Source of the DNA: the human T2T-CHM13v2.0 reference genome, Homo sapiens
Assembly: GCF_009914755.1 (NCBI RefSeq)
Contig: NC_060925.1
Direction: 5' to 3' (one strand)
Length of the DNA: 64,000 bases
The position numbers were made by a program, and so were the translations under genes. Below the pieces are notes generated by a model, which did not search any database, was not told the origin of the DNA, and was given only the letters and a program-made list of their open reading frames with translations. Shown piece by piece: positions 18,023 through 44,149 of the stretch; position 1 is the stretch's first letter, and each line of letters begins with the position of its first letter.

Positions 18023-18343
18023 CTAAACAAAATTTCAACAGGTATCTTAAGTGAAAAGATTTTAAATAGCTTATGAGTTGAAAAATTTATGTCTTAAATA
18101 AAAGGTAATCCAAAAGTGGTAAATTATTACCCTTTATTCATTGTATTAAGTGATTCTTTGGACTTATAAAATCTTCTTTTCTTTAAATACAATTCAGAAA
18201 GCACTTATCATTTACATAAAAATGACAATCTTTTTCCCATACATGCTTTTCTTTAATTTGGACATACAAATCATCTATCGCTTTGAACTAACACTATTCA
18301 TCATTTTTTACTACCTGCAATATAGTTCCTATTGTATCAAATA

Positions 18344-20986
<2,643 letters not shown>

Positions 20987-21026
20987 TACTAAGAGAGATT
21001 AACTCTTACAAAATTTTAAACTTATT

Positions 21027-22000
<974 letters not shown>

Positions 22001-22140
22001 GTCATGGAAAATCATAGTTTGATAAAGTGAGGGTACTGGATCATCCAAGGTTTTCAAATAGCCATGTAATGACTATCTTCACATTATCATGAGCAGAGCA
22101 ACTATGTCCACTCCCTAATAACAATGAAGAAAGCACTTAC

Positions 22141-22562
22141 CTTTCCTATGGGAAGTCCTTCATAATTCAATTTTCCTTCCTTTATGAAACTATATAGTGG
22201 AGAACCAGGAACAGAATTAAAGTCACCACACATAACAATAGGGCAGAAGCTGCCATCTTTCTGGTGGGCAACACTGGAAATCTCTGCCAGTAGCATTGCC
22301 AATTGCGTCAGCTTAATATCACCTCGCCTTGGATTATACAACAGATGCGTATTTGCTACGCAGATTGCAGGGCAGGCAGCATATGGAATTTTGGGCTGTA
22401 AGAGTAAAACTAATCCAACATTGTCTCTGTCCAACAGAGAAATATCAGGGCGGAAGAATTCCACTGGGTTCACTGACAAGAGTGAAAATTTGGAATGTTT
22501 GAAGCAAATAGCACAGCCATCAGGTTTCCTTCCTGTCCGCATCTTATATTCACAGTGATAAC
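22141..22562 (-). CDS. ANGEL2: ANGEL2 exon 5 (YHCEYKMRTGRKPDGCAI..NTHLLYNP..MCGDFNSVP..)
   Basis: 422 nt, AG/GT flanks; CCR4/EEP motifs DGCA, NTHL, GDFNS. Confidence 0.98.
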
Positions 22563-22859
22563 CTACAAGAAACAAATGAATTTAAAACAAATGACTGCTT
22601 TTATATATTTATCAAAACACAGCTCACCTGATACTTCTGAACAATGTTTACCAAACTGTATTCTGCAAAACATTAGTAATGTAGGATGTCAATAAACATT
22701 GGAATAAAAAACGTTTGACACTGGGTCTAACAGGCCTCTTTATGCGCAGACTTCAGCCCTTGATATGCTAATGTGTATTATCAGTCTCCCGTTGCCATCC
22801 TAGTAAAACTTAGTCATGGCAATAGTAAAGCTTTATAATAATCTATTCTCTAACTCTCT

Positions 22860-23624
<765 letters not shown>

Positions 23625-24024
23625 TCAAGTATATGGGACCACAGATAACTTGTTTCTAGGAGTGTTTATTTATCAAACAGGTTTTTGGCATCTATCCATT
23701 AGGTAGACACTGGCAGGCACTGGTATTATAATGATGAACGAGACAAAATGGTCTCCTGGAGCTCAGAAGCTTATAGGTCTACAGGTGGACAGAACAACTC
23801 CTAGGAAAGGGAGCTACTAAGATATTCTTACACATCTTTCTGTTTGAATTAAAATTATACACCAACACAAAAGTTTCCAGTGAGTACCTCAATCTTTTCC
23901 TCTTTGAAATTAAGTTTTTAAAATTAAGATTTTTAGCCAAAATATGCCACACATCTTTGTCAGCAAGTTATACTTTAATGACACATGAATTTTCAAAAGT
24001 AAATTTGGCTAAAAGTTACATTGC

Positions 24025-24222
24025 CTTGTCTCTATAAAAAAAATTAAATAATTGGCCGGGCATGGTGGCACACATCTCTAGTCCCAGCTACTCAGGAAGC
24101 CGAAATGAGAGGATTACTTGAGCCCAGTAGGTTGAGGCTGTAGTGAGCCATGATTGTGCCACTGCACTCCAGTTGGGCGACAGAGTGAGACCCTGTCTCA
24201 AAAAAGAAAAAAAAAAAAAAAA
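24025..24222 (+). mobile_element. Alu right arm ending 12 nt from the exon 4 donor
   Basis: Alu right-monomer sequence and A tail. Confidence 0.9.
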
Positions 24223-24234
24223 GTTGCATTGTAC

Positions 24235-24304
24235 CCAGTGATTCCAAACTTGGCCTGATCTCTGCTCCATAATGATCTTCTTGAACTTCTTGCAAACAAA
24301 GTAC
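24235..24304 (-). CDS. ANGEL2: ANGEL2 exon 4 (VLCLQEVQEDHYGAEIRPSLESL)
   Basis: 70 nt; metal-binding 'CLQEV' motif; weak donor G|GTACAA. Confidence 0.96.
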
Positions 24305-24957
24305 CTTGGAAGAAAAAAATAGCTTGAATTAGAACACAGAGATGCAATCATGAATTTCCTGGTGCTTTTATCTTAAAATATCTAAAAGCAGGCTTCTAAA
24401 ATTCCACACCTGATAAGAATTGAAATAAAAGACTTACCTGTTTTTCTTGTTATAGATCTACCAAATTAATGTTTCCGAATTTTGATCAATCTCAAAACTC
24501 TGGCCCTCAATCACATGGAGCTCCCTTAGTACTCAAAATTATTATTTCCAAAAGAAAATATTCTTAGCTTACATGTCAGGATATTTTTCCGGGTTTTACA
24601 TGTTCATTGGTACTATCTTTCAGGTCTTAAGAGGCAGATTTCTTTGAATGCTATCAGGTAGGTGACATTTTTGCATGAATTACTGAAATTTCAAATCAAA
24701 GTTAATATTTACTGAATACTTAATATGTTGCCAGTTTCTGTCTCAAAACTGACCCATACTTAAAAACTTTTTGGACCCTCTTTGAAAAGTTAGATGATTA
24801 TTCATACCAGCAACCACTAACAAATGCCTCTCTGAAAGTTATACCTTATTAAGACTTATTCCATCATTATTCTTAAACATATTCCTTTCTTACCCCACAA
24901 ACAAAATGGATAAAACCATTTAGTTCATAAATGCACAAATGAAACATTTAACCCAAC

Positions 24958-25268
<311 letters not shown>

Positions 25269-25314
25269 CCAACTTTTTCTTATGTGAAGAATTTCAATAA
25301 TATTTTGCACTTAC

Positions 25315-25571
25315 GTCTGCATCAAAATGTTTAATTTCTTTCAGAATATTGGGAAACCTAAAACTCCAGTGTAATACTGGCCGCCGGCAATGTCTATAAA
25401 GGTGAGAGTTATCTTCCAGTAAATCTTGTGAAAGTATATTATAGGACATCACTGAAAAGTCAAACTTGTTCTCACTGTCTTCACATTTGGGATCAACATT
25501 TTTGTCTCCTAGGATCTTCGTTTTTTCTTTATCATGGCTACATATATATTCCCAATTCCGCTTTATCACAC
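25315..25571 (-). CDS. ANGEL2: ANGEL2 exon 3 ([25 protein letters not shown])
   Basis: 257 nt; EEP 'SYNIL' motif; GTAAGT donor. Confidence 0.97.
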
Positions 25572-26873
25572 CTGTTAAAATATATTGCACAAATATAAGG
25601 AATTAATCAAAAGCAGACCATACAGTTTCCCACATATATGTATTTTTCAGCCTCTTAAAAATTCCCATAAGCAATGAACAGAATGTTTTTCCCTAGGAAG
25701 TGGCAATATAGCACTGAATAATTAGAACTGTTATCAAATTGGTTACAAATGCGGTAACACAATATACTGACCAACAGGTTTAAAACAGGTTTAAAAGAAT
25801 CTTGCAAGTCATTCTGGAGGCTGAGAGTATGTGTTAACAAAGCTAAGACTATACAGAGGTTGTGGTTTCTCACTTCTCTACAGTTAAGAAGTGGCTCTGT
25901 CACAGATGTGATTGGCAGTTTTATAACTATAACAACAAATTTGTATGTCAAAGTTGGCTTTTCAATAAGATGATTTTACACTGTATTTTATTCCCTATTA
26001 GTGGGATAAGATCGTCAAATGATTAACCAAGTTCCAGAAGCAACCCTTAGTTCAGAATTCTAGTTTATACATGAAAGAAGTGTATATAATGGCAATATAT
26101 GGAAGAAGTTTTAGTGTTTAAAACACTGAAGTGGAACATGCAAACAAAATAACAAAAGAAATCTTTTAAATGTACAACAAAGGAAAAGTTAAATATGACA
26201 TAGCTACAGAATGCTAGTAAATGATGGCTAACCAACAAACCTAGCATGCAACAACCAGGCGTGTGTTCATATTCTGCAAACACATCATGCATTCTGCAAA
26301 AGTGATGAAAAGAATAAAAAAACACAAGACTTTGCAATCATAGGCAGTCCCTGACTTAGAAATAACCGTGTGTGTGATGTGTGTGTGTGTATTCACCTTT
26401 GATCTTGTCTCCTACATCCTATCATTAAAGAGCATGCTCTTACTGCCATGGAAACCATGAAGAGAAACACGGAATTTTTGGAGAATTTATGAGTTCAAAA
26501 GAGAAAACAAAAAAATGGGAAGAACATGGGAAAACAGATTTGGAAATGGACTTCTAAGTATGATTAAATTATATAAAAAATTTCAGCCCCTAGAATATCT
26601 CCCTCTATCCTGCAAAGGTTTTCACTTCACTGGAATACAATGCCTGGAATTCCACCAATCAAAAATTAAATTGAAGTTAAAATATCCTATACACTTATAT
26701 AGAGGGTGAAATAAAGACTAAAAGGAAACACACCCATATTTTTAAGAGTAGTTATCTCTGAGTGTTAGGACTGTGAAATATTTTTGCAAATCTTCTGCAC
26801 AATACATTTACAATCAAAATATCAATATGCTATTTAAAAATGCCAATGAAGTAATCATTTTAAAGTATGATTA

Positions 26874-27771
<898 letters not shown>

Positions 27772-28312
27772 TTATGTATACAAGATGGAAAGGGTTCCAG
27801 TCATGCAAACAATATATAAGCTATCATCACAGATGGAGCACTACCCTGGTTTCACTGCCATATTAAAATATGAAAATTAAGGTCTAAAAACCTTATTCAT
27901 ATTTCCTTATAAAACATGTACATGTAATGGCATATAAATGCATTAAGATTTTTATTGTCCTGGTCATTAAAGTTTATAAACAACTCTTTTTGCAACTCCA
28001 TTTTTTAAACAACCAGGACCATTAGTTTATCTGGTTACTACAGTGGCTTTCAAACTTCTACAACTTGTAGAACCCTTCTGTGTTACTTTTCATGCCATGG
28101 AACACCAATCCCTGGCATGCTGGGACTGGGGCTGGGATGATGGGGTGAACACATATTTTATACTGACCACATTTGCTTTTAATAAACTTACAGAAATGTG
28201 TTCAAATATGAGGGTTCCATGGAAGACAATTTGAAAACCACTGATAAGAGTGGATAGTCTCTGGCCTTCATATGCTTCACAACATAAATTCACACTACAA
28301 AAGCTTATATAC

Positions 28313-28563
28313 CTTCCATATCAGGAGGAACAAGGTGATCACAGCAGAGAAGACAGATGAATCAAAGAAAGTAAGCAATAGGCCTGATCAGGTTTTTAGG
28401 GTGCCTAATTACAAAGTCATAATTGTATCACACAAATCCTTCAAATACCACTTTAAAGTGATAGGCAAGTTAGCAATGCTGTTTTCTTGATTGAAAAGTA
28501 TTAGTGAAATATCGGAAGTCACAAATATGGCTTAACGAAGAGCATTTTCCTTATTCACAACAC
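28313..28563 (-). other. ANGEL2: Candidate alternative ANGEL2 exon in intron 2 ending ATG GAA G|GT (alternative start M-E-G-VIKR..)
   Basis: Branch-like CCTGAC + pyrimidine tract + AG at 28564-28565; donor AAG|GTATAT; ATG at 28319-28317 is in frame with exon 3. Confidence 0.55.
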
Positions 28564-30196
28564 CTAGGAAGAATGGACATATAGAAAGTCAGGTTGTAAT
28601 CAAGCTTTATCAGTAGGTAAATGTAATTCCCCATCCATTAAGGGAAAACAACACCATAATTTTCTGAGTACCTACTATGAAGCCAACAGTGTGTTAGGCA
28701 CTTTGACATACAGTATCTCATTTCATTCAACAGACTTTCAAGTAGGCATTATTTTACACGAAAAAATCAAGGAGCAAAGAGGTTAAGTAAGCTGTCCAAG
28801 TTCATATAATTAGTGGTGGGGCAGAAAAGAAAGCAGGGAGTGGTTCCTAAATCAATGCTTATGTAGCTATGCCACAGCTCCATCTGAAAGCATCCCAGAT
28901 TTCTAAGAGGCTAAACAAGAGGAGTGTGCTGACCTGATGGACAAATTTTTATGAGTGAAAAGCAATCTGGTATCATCATACTGCCCTATATTTATAGATC
29001 TTAGGATTGTTCTTAGAAACCTAATTTTAATGCCTCTAAATACACCTTTCATTCATTCAAATATTTCTTGTTTATCTCCCTATGCTGTGGTTAAGTACTA
29101 TACACAAACAGATTTTCACTTTTGGACAGTTAAGAATTTCTACAAGTGTTTTTTTCTGACTAGGTCCTTTGTAACTGTGTAGCAATAAGTTACACATTTA
29201 TTTGAATATTAGCTTAGCAAAGTTGATTGGGACCCAGCTGAAGCCTGTAGACTACTTTCTGATAACAAAACCAGAGGGAACCTGAAGAGCACTAATTCTA
29301 GCTTTGATTTCCAGATGAGACTCACCTTGAATGCCTTCCTTTGACAAACTTACATGTCAGCTCCCTAAACATTAACACCCACACATCCTTCTCTCAAGTA
29401 TCTTCAGAGGAATTATCTTCACTGAAAATTATGGTTCAATAAGAAAGACAATTCCAAATTCTACCTAGACACCTCACTTATACTTTCAGGAGATGGGGTT
29501 GTGATGGGGGCAAGACTGGCAGCACAGAGGGAGTCTAGTGAATTGTTCAGAGTAGAAAGAATATGAAAAAATAGAAGTAAATTAACACATTTTAAAAAAC
29601 TGTTTCTCAAAGTGGAATAAGATGTGGTTCCCTTTCTTAAAGATAATACTTCGGGCAAACTCTCAAGATTTTATCTATGGACCCAATTTGAGATATACAG
29701 ATGTAATAAATGAAAATCTTATCCTATAAGACCATGTCTTCCATTTATGATTGCTTCTATTTATGAGTCCTTTCGTCTTCCATAAAAATGTTAGCTTAAA
29801 AATGAAAACACTAAATTTTTTTTAGATCTGTAGACTTCTAAGCATATAGCCATCAATTTCTAAGAAGTCTAAGGGCCTTTGTTTCAAAAACATTGGATTT
29901 AAAAATTATCCTTAAATAAAACTTACTTTTGTAATCTATTTCTCCTTTCTTTGCCAATCTTATTCTATCTGTAGACTCATTTCTATTTTTATAGTCAGAA
30001 ATACACAATTAGTTGAAGATAAAAATAAAGACTTCATTTAAGGAAGAATTCATTTTTTTCTAACATAAAACTACTGGCTAAAAGTCAACACCAAACACCT
30101 CTAAAACCTTAGGAGGTTTAAAGGATTAGATATGAAAGTTTCAATTTAGTCTATCACTTGTATCTATTTCTACACCAAGATAAATGTCACCTTTAC

Positions 30197-30522
30197 CTTG
30201 GTGTTTTCTTCGTTTTGATGAAGGCTCATCTCCCTCAGCGTTCATGACGTAACTAGAGAGATGAATCAAAGATGTCTGGCTCAGGTTGTCAGGTCTCCAG
30301 TTACAGTACTGGAACTGAGTTCTAGACTCAAACAAACAGGGTGGTCTCCAATTTAGTGAAAAATGCCTACTACTGAAGTATGGGTAAGGAGCTCGAGAGT
30401 AATGTCCAGGCCACCTCATACAACTAGAAATATGTCTGTTCCAGCAACACCTTTGCAGATTCTCCCACGGTGTAGTCCAGTCTCTGCCCAGACTCCTCGA
30501 GTGATGGGGAAACATGGGGTAT
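30197..30522 (-). CDS. ANGEL2: ANGEL2 exon 2 (YPMFPHHSRS..EPSSKRRKHQ)
   Basis: 326 nt, tcttttAG acceptor, G|GTAAAG donor; basic KRRK patch. Confidence 0.96.
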
Positions 30523-32269
30523 CTAAAAGAAATAAATACACTCCTTGAGGCACCACTTTTTGTTCAGCTATAGTTTACAAAATCTAAGCCTGTTTCCTCA
30601 AGGGAAGGTAATGTCTAATATTTAAAATCTGGCTGCTAAATCTGTGAAGGATGAAGAGGAAAGCACCCATGATTTACCTATTGGCATCAATATCTCAATA
30701 CTCTCGTCCTAAAAAACCATGAATGGTATTCTGAATACTTAACACAGAATGCCTCCCAGGCTCCCAAAATACCACATACCCCTGAAAATGTACATAGTTC
30801 AACTGAGAGATGAATCAACTATCAAAATGATATTCAGAGTAGCTTTCAAGCACCTACAAAACTCAATGAGAAAATAAAATACACAACAAGTATTATACTG
30901 AAATCGAATAAGGAACTCATATCACACTACAATTAAAGTAAACCTCTCCTCCAACTTGGAGTAATAACAAGTTTCTGAACAGTTTTTTATACCAAGGGCA
31001 GATTTTTCCAAACACTTGTATAGTTAGGAAAACAAAAGCCTATCCACAACTTCATAAATTCACAAAACTACTTCTCTTACTAATCAACGGGTGGATAATT
31101 TATTTCTCCATTCTTTTTTAAGCATGATTCTCGTTGGGGGAAATGAAAGAGGATGGGGATGACGTACTACGAATGCACCAACACTCCAAACCAACAGCTT
31201 CAATTTAACCCATCATCCAAAACATCTCCAAAGTGGCGCTAACATTTTTAATAGGTATGTTGCTCTCAGGCTCTCAAGAAACACTTCAGCTTAATAAAGC
31301 ACCATGTTCCTCTCACTATACTACTTTGGCAAAATGTTAAGATTCAGAGAAGGACTTTTATCCTTTCCTCCAAAATTCTTAACAGCTACATTTCTACCAC
31401 AGCATCAATAATGTGCGCTCCCATCCCTAAGGGAATTTTGTTTAAGTTGCGTTTACTGTTATTTAACTTTATACGCTGTTATTCTCGTTTTAACAGCATT
31501 TAAATTTTTATTATAATTTTTACAGTTTAAGTATTCGCTAGTTGTTCTCTAAAATCTACTTAATTGTAAATCTTTAAAGGCATAACATGGGCATTCTACA
31601 CTGCTTTGTGATAACTCTGAAAGCCATAGGAATTTGGGCACTTGGTCCATGCATTTTCTATGCTAATAAGCCACTGTATTGAAATATAATACTTGTACTA
31701 CAAAAGCTATTATCTATATTTGCAGTTATTTATTCAGACTTTTTTTTCTCTTAAGATGTTAAGCTCCTTCAGGGCCAGAACAGAACCGTCTTATTCATTT
31801 TAATTCCGTTATCTTCACAAGTGCCTAGCACAGTGCCTGGCAAACAGCTGGTACTCAGGAAACATTGTTGAACTGAATTACCATCAAGTCCCAGGCCTAT
31901 GGGAGTTACAACCAAATCCCCATCGCTTATGTAATAATACATGCTGTGTTTCCCAAGCGTGGTGGGTGGTACACGAGTCGGTTTCACAGAGTACACAGTT
32001 AAATTACTTGATTGTAATTTCTAAATACTTATGTTAGTTTATTAGGAAAAAACATAATCGCACATCAAATCCAAGACTCTGCAGACACTGCTTAGGGTGA
32101 AGCTAATGTGGGCAGCACCTACTGAAGTGCTTTTTAAAAAAAACTGAGTCAATTTAAAGAAAAATATCCAGTAAATAATACACGTGAAACAAGAACTTGG
32201 CCATAACAGTAAGGGATGACATACAAGTGACTAAAGTTTGAAAGACACTAACACATCAACAAAAATCAA

Positions 32270-33954
<1,685 letters not shown>

Positions 33955-34159
33955 TTAAGTGGAGACCCTGCAAGAAACAGGAAGAGAGAAACCGAGAAAG
34001 AATAAAGTGTGGAGAGTAGAGGGGAAAAGGATACTAGAAGGCAGGAGCACTGCTTTTATAGGCTCTTTGAAACAGTGGTAATTTCTTGGGAAGGCTTTTC
34101 TTATCCCTGGTGCATAAAAGGAAGTAAAGTGTATTTGAAAAAAACCTTTCCCTCAGTAT

Positions 34160-35045
34160 GTAATTGATTCTTGTTATTTGCAGTAGTTAGGTTCTGTAAA
34201 GTTGCTGGAAACACTGAATTAGTAAATACTGAATCATTACTCCTAAGGGAAATACAGGATTAGGATCCTGTAAGCCTCTGGTCGCATTTTCATCAACTTA
34301 ATCAATACATAGTTTTGTTGTATGTGTGTTTCCGCTTAAAGACATCTTATTTAATATATATTGTTGATTCATTAACATTGAACTCAGTCAACAGCACTAT
34401 AATTCATACCTCAACAAAGCTTATCTAACACTGCTATTTTCTCTGCAAGGCTCATGACAGCCTTCTTGTGCTTAGGAGCACTATACAGCACAACGCTTGG
34501 GGACCATTTTAAACAGCAACATCAACAAAAAGTACAAAAACGTGAAAAACATATCACTAAATGGAATGTGAAAAGGACACTTGGTCCTGATGGCTCACGC
34601 CTGTAATCCCAGCAATATGGGAGGCCAAGGCGGCTGGATCGCTTCAGCCAGGGAGTTCAAGACCACACTGGACAACATGGCGAAACCCCGTCCCTACAAA
34701 AAATACAAAAATTAGCCGGGCATGGTGGCTCTCGTCTGTAGTCCCAGCTACTCCAGAATTTGAGGTGAAAGGATTACTTTAGCCCGAGAGGGCGAGGCTG
34801 CAGTGAACCAAGATAGTGTCACTGTACTCCAGCCCTGGCAACAAGGGGACACTATGGTATAGCATGAGAGCTGAAACAAAAAGGCAGAGAATGCCTTGTT
34901 TAGCCTCAGCTGGGAATGTGCACTTTGGGCAATTAAAAATTTTCCCTGCTCTGTACATGTCCAAGAATACATGGAGGTTACAGATCAATTTTAGCAAGTA
35001 GGCAAATTTGCAAATATGGAATCCACAAATAATGGAGAAAGACTG
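34160..35045. mobile_element. MER82-like Tigger-family non-autonomous element, interrupted by Alu 34583-34845
   Basis: Termini TTGATTCTTGTTATTTGCAG.. and ..CACAAATAATGGAGAAAGACTGTA resemble MER82 TIRs (recalled). Confidence 0.7.
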
Positions 35046-35576
35046 TATTTCTGTTTTATACTGCCCTATTTTCTAGTTGTACTCACAATTTTGTAGTTCA
35101 TTAAATTGACTAGTAGTTTACTGTATGTCTTGTCTTTATAATGAGATTGTAAATAACTTCTGAGGAAAGACCATGACTCATTATTTCCAAAATTTACTTG
35201 ACCTAGTGCTGTGCTAAGTACACAATATATAGTAGTAAAAATATTTTTGAATGAATGGTTAACAGTGGGCCAGAACTTGGGACTTGTGAATGACCAGAAG
35301 CTTTTTCCTTTAGCACACCCTAAGAGGTAAGGAGAAATGTAACATTTTTAAATAAGTAAAAGAAATTAATAGATATCTTTTCATGCAGTGTTGGAATTTG
35401 GGGGTTTATCTGATCCTAAAAGATATTTGCCTTTATCTGGGCCTAGACTATTGCAAAGATTAAAGTTAACTTGCAGGGCGCTTGTGGCAGTGCAAATGAT
35501 TTTTGTCTATGGACTTGTAAAATAATTCTACCTAGTTGGGGGGAGAACTCTCCATCTCTATGGAAAAGCCAGTTTT

Positions 35577-36342
<766 letters not shown>

Positions 36343-36634
36343 CTAATGTGTTCGTATTATATCTGTTTGAGAGTCATGATTTTACCTTTTTTTTTTTTTT
36401 TGGAAAATTATCTTTTAAAAGTTCAGTAGTTCCCACCAAGATGCCCAATGTATTCATCTGACAGAGGCAGGTGAATTTTATCACTGTAAAAGTACACTTC
36501 ATGGATTGCCTGAGTTCTGGCAATTTTCTTGCTCCCAGAGATAAATCTAAAATGGCAAAAGCATGTTGCTGAGTCTTTGTTTTTCTAATTTTTATTTTCT
36601 TCTCCAGTAATTGTGTGTTTTTCTTTGGTTTGTA

Positions 36635-39326
<2,692 letters not shown>

Positions 39327-39880
39327 TACATGGCCAATAAGTTATTTCCCTCTGTTGGAAGCAATGATTAAGAGTTTGGTTACATGGTCTAACCATTTGG
39401 TGATCTCTATAAAAGGACTAGTGGTTTACAGAGATATAATTTCTGTTGAGTGAGAGACAACAGAAAACCTTGTATGTTCTTTTTATTTATTTGTCTATTT
39501 GCCTATTTTGAGTTCAACTCAAGAATTTTGTGCCCGTTGGAAGGAGAACGCTCATTTATATCTGGACTGGTGAGTTTTTGTATTCCTGTGTTTACTCTTG
39601 ACCCATGGTTGAAATGGTAGAATTGAAGCCATAAATTCTCCATATATCTGTGTGTCTGTAATTTATAAACGTCTTTATACCTCACTATGTGAGTATAAGA
39701 TATTGTCCTGCCTCTGTAAGGTATTATGAATTAAAATCTAGTTTATTTTTATCAAAGGATCTCTGCTCTGATTGGCTTATAGAGATAAATAAGCACTTAC
39801 ATAAATTTAATTCCTAAAATTACCTGAAAATAAGTAAATCAAGACATTCCAAATGTAATATACTTTAAAGAAAAATAGAC

Positions 39881-41470
<1,590 letters not shown>

Positions 41471-41769
41471 TCAACAGAAAAGCCATAACAAGAGCATAGC
41501 ACTTTGCAATTTGTTAAATTCCAATTTAAAAAATCTTTCCAGATACTATTAAAGTTCTATCTTTATACCAGATGGATGCCAATGACATTTGCAAATTCAA
41601 AATTCATTCACTCATTCATTTATTTATTTATCTCCACACCTGGTTTAAGAGATAAAATATTACAAATACAGTTGAAGCCTTGGCATCCCATCTGCAAACC
41701 CTTTTCTCTCCATCTCCCAAGATGAAACTACCATCCTAAATTTAGTGCTTTTCATTCTCATATGTGCCA

Positions 41770-41915
41770 TTATATATTTTTATATGTGTATTATAGACAA
41801 TATATAATAATTTTATATAACATATTTTACAACTACATATAATTTTTATATATAGTAAATATATATATAATTTTAAATATATAATAATTTTATATAACAT
41901 ATTTTAGAACATATT
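41770..41915. repeat. AT-rich low-complexity repeat (ATATAATAATTTTATATAACATATTTTA twice)
   Basis: Direct inspection. Confidence 0.8.
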
Positions 41916-42319
41916 TAGAACTATGTAGATGGTATCATACTCTGTATCTTTTTCCAACTTTTCAGTCTCAACATTATGTTTTAAGATTTAACCATGCTTA
42001 TACCTGCAATTCTGGTTAATTGCTTTTTCACTACTATATTCCAAATACAAATCACAATTTATTAATCCTTTATTCTGCTGATATACATTTAGTATTTCTC
42101 CTCCTTCTCATGTTCTCTATGCTGAGAACTTGATGAATTCCTTAGTTCTACTAACTTACTAATATTTTCTTTAACTGAGAAAAGTCTATACTGTGTTTTG
42201 TCTATTCAGTATTTATTTCAACTGCTATATGTTTTTTTATTTCCAAGATTTCTTTGTTGATTTTTTCTGCATCCCCTTTTTTGTTTTATTTCTGCTTGCT
42301 TTTATAATTCCTTATTCTT

Positions 42320-43096
<777 letters not shown>

Positions 43097-43110
43097 TGTC
43101 CCCCTTCTCT

Positions 43111-44060
43111 GATTTCCAAAGCGATAAAAGCAAAGGCAGCTTTGTCACGGTGAGCTACTTCTTGCAGGAGTCAGGATTCACATCTGCAGACTATACAAAG
43201 ACAAACAACACAAATCAAAAGCACAATCATCATTGAAATCACAGAGCTTCCAAGTGTTTTTATCCATTTCCTTTAAGCACTCCAGTTCCTGGCATTAAGG
43301 TCAGGTGTGCCTGGGATGCTTTAAATATTTGTTCTTTAATTTTGCTATATCCAAAAACAAGTTTGTAGAGTGTCCTTCTAGATGCTTTTTTATTCTTTCC
43401 CAAATTTTGATCTTATTAAGAGTTATTAATAGTTTCCACAAATCCTTGTGTTTAGCTCCCAGAGCAGGCTGTATCATGAAGTTGAGGTGCCACTATACTG
43501 CCATGGTTCCAGATAATAGGAACTCTTGCCATACTTCTTATATCTACCATCTGATCATTTTGTTCAGATCAGCTGAACATAGTGTGGCCATGGCACGCAG
43601 ACTGAGAGGTGCAATTTAAGCTAAACATCCCCTTAGGGGACCAATTAATAATGATTCCATAGGAATCGTTGTGCAGCACCTCTGCCTGTTCTGCAAAGCA
43701 ATCTTCCTAAACAAGTACGTTCATTTTTTCTAACTGGGTCCAATCCTATTTACAAAAAGGTTTTTGAGGGCAGTATGCCTCAATTATAGGAGCAGATTTA
43801 TTATGGTAAATACTGAGATCAGAAAGCATGTGTAACTGTGTCATAGAGTGATTGCATCCAGGCATTATTGCCAGCCAAGATTGATAAATATGCCCAATAA
43901 GTATAATTGTTCTCTGTGTCAGCCCTTGTTGAAGGAATACTCATGGCAGTGGTGATAACCGCTATCATAGCTACCATTAAATTACTCATTGTGACTGGTT
44001 GTCCTGCTTTCCTCAGGTTTTCTTCCACCATCTGTGACAGCTTCTTGATCTGTCCCCTGG
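43111..44060 (-). pseudogene. env: HML-3 env remnant, heavily deleted
   Basis: Signal-peptide-like stretch plus NYTYWAY; TM remnant ERIKKHLEGHSTNLFLDIAKLK; under 1 kb in total. Confidence 0.8.
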
Positions 44061-44149
44061 TGGGTGGCTGTGTTCAACAGGTGTTGCTCGTGACAGTTGG
44101 GGTCCTCCTCAGTGTCAGTCTCCACATGGCTGCAACCGAGGGGTCCTTG

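Noticed and set aside
22184-22558. 124-aa + strand ORF
   Set aside because: Antisense shadow of ANGEL2 exon 5
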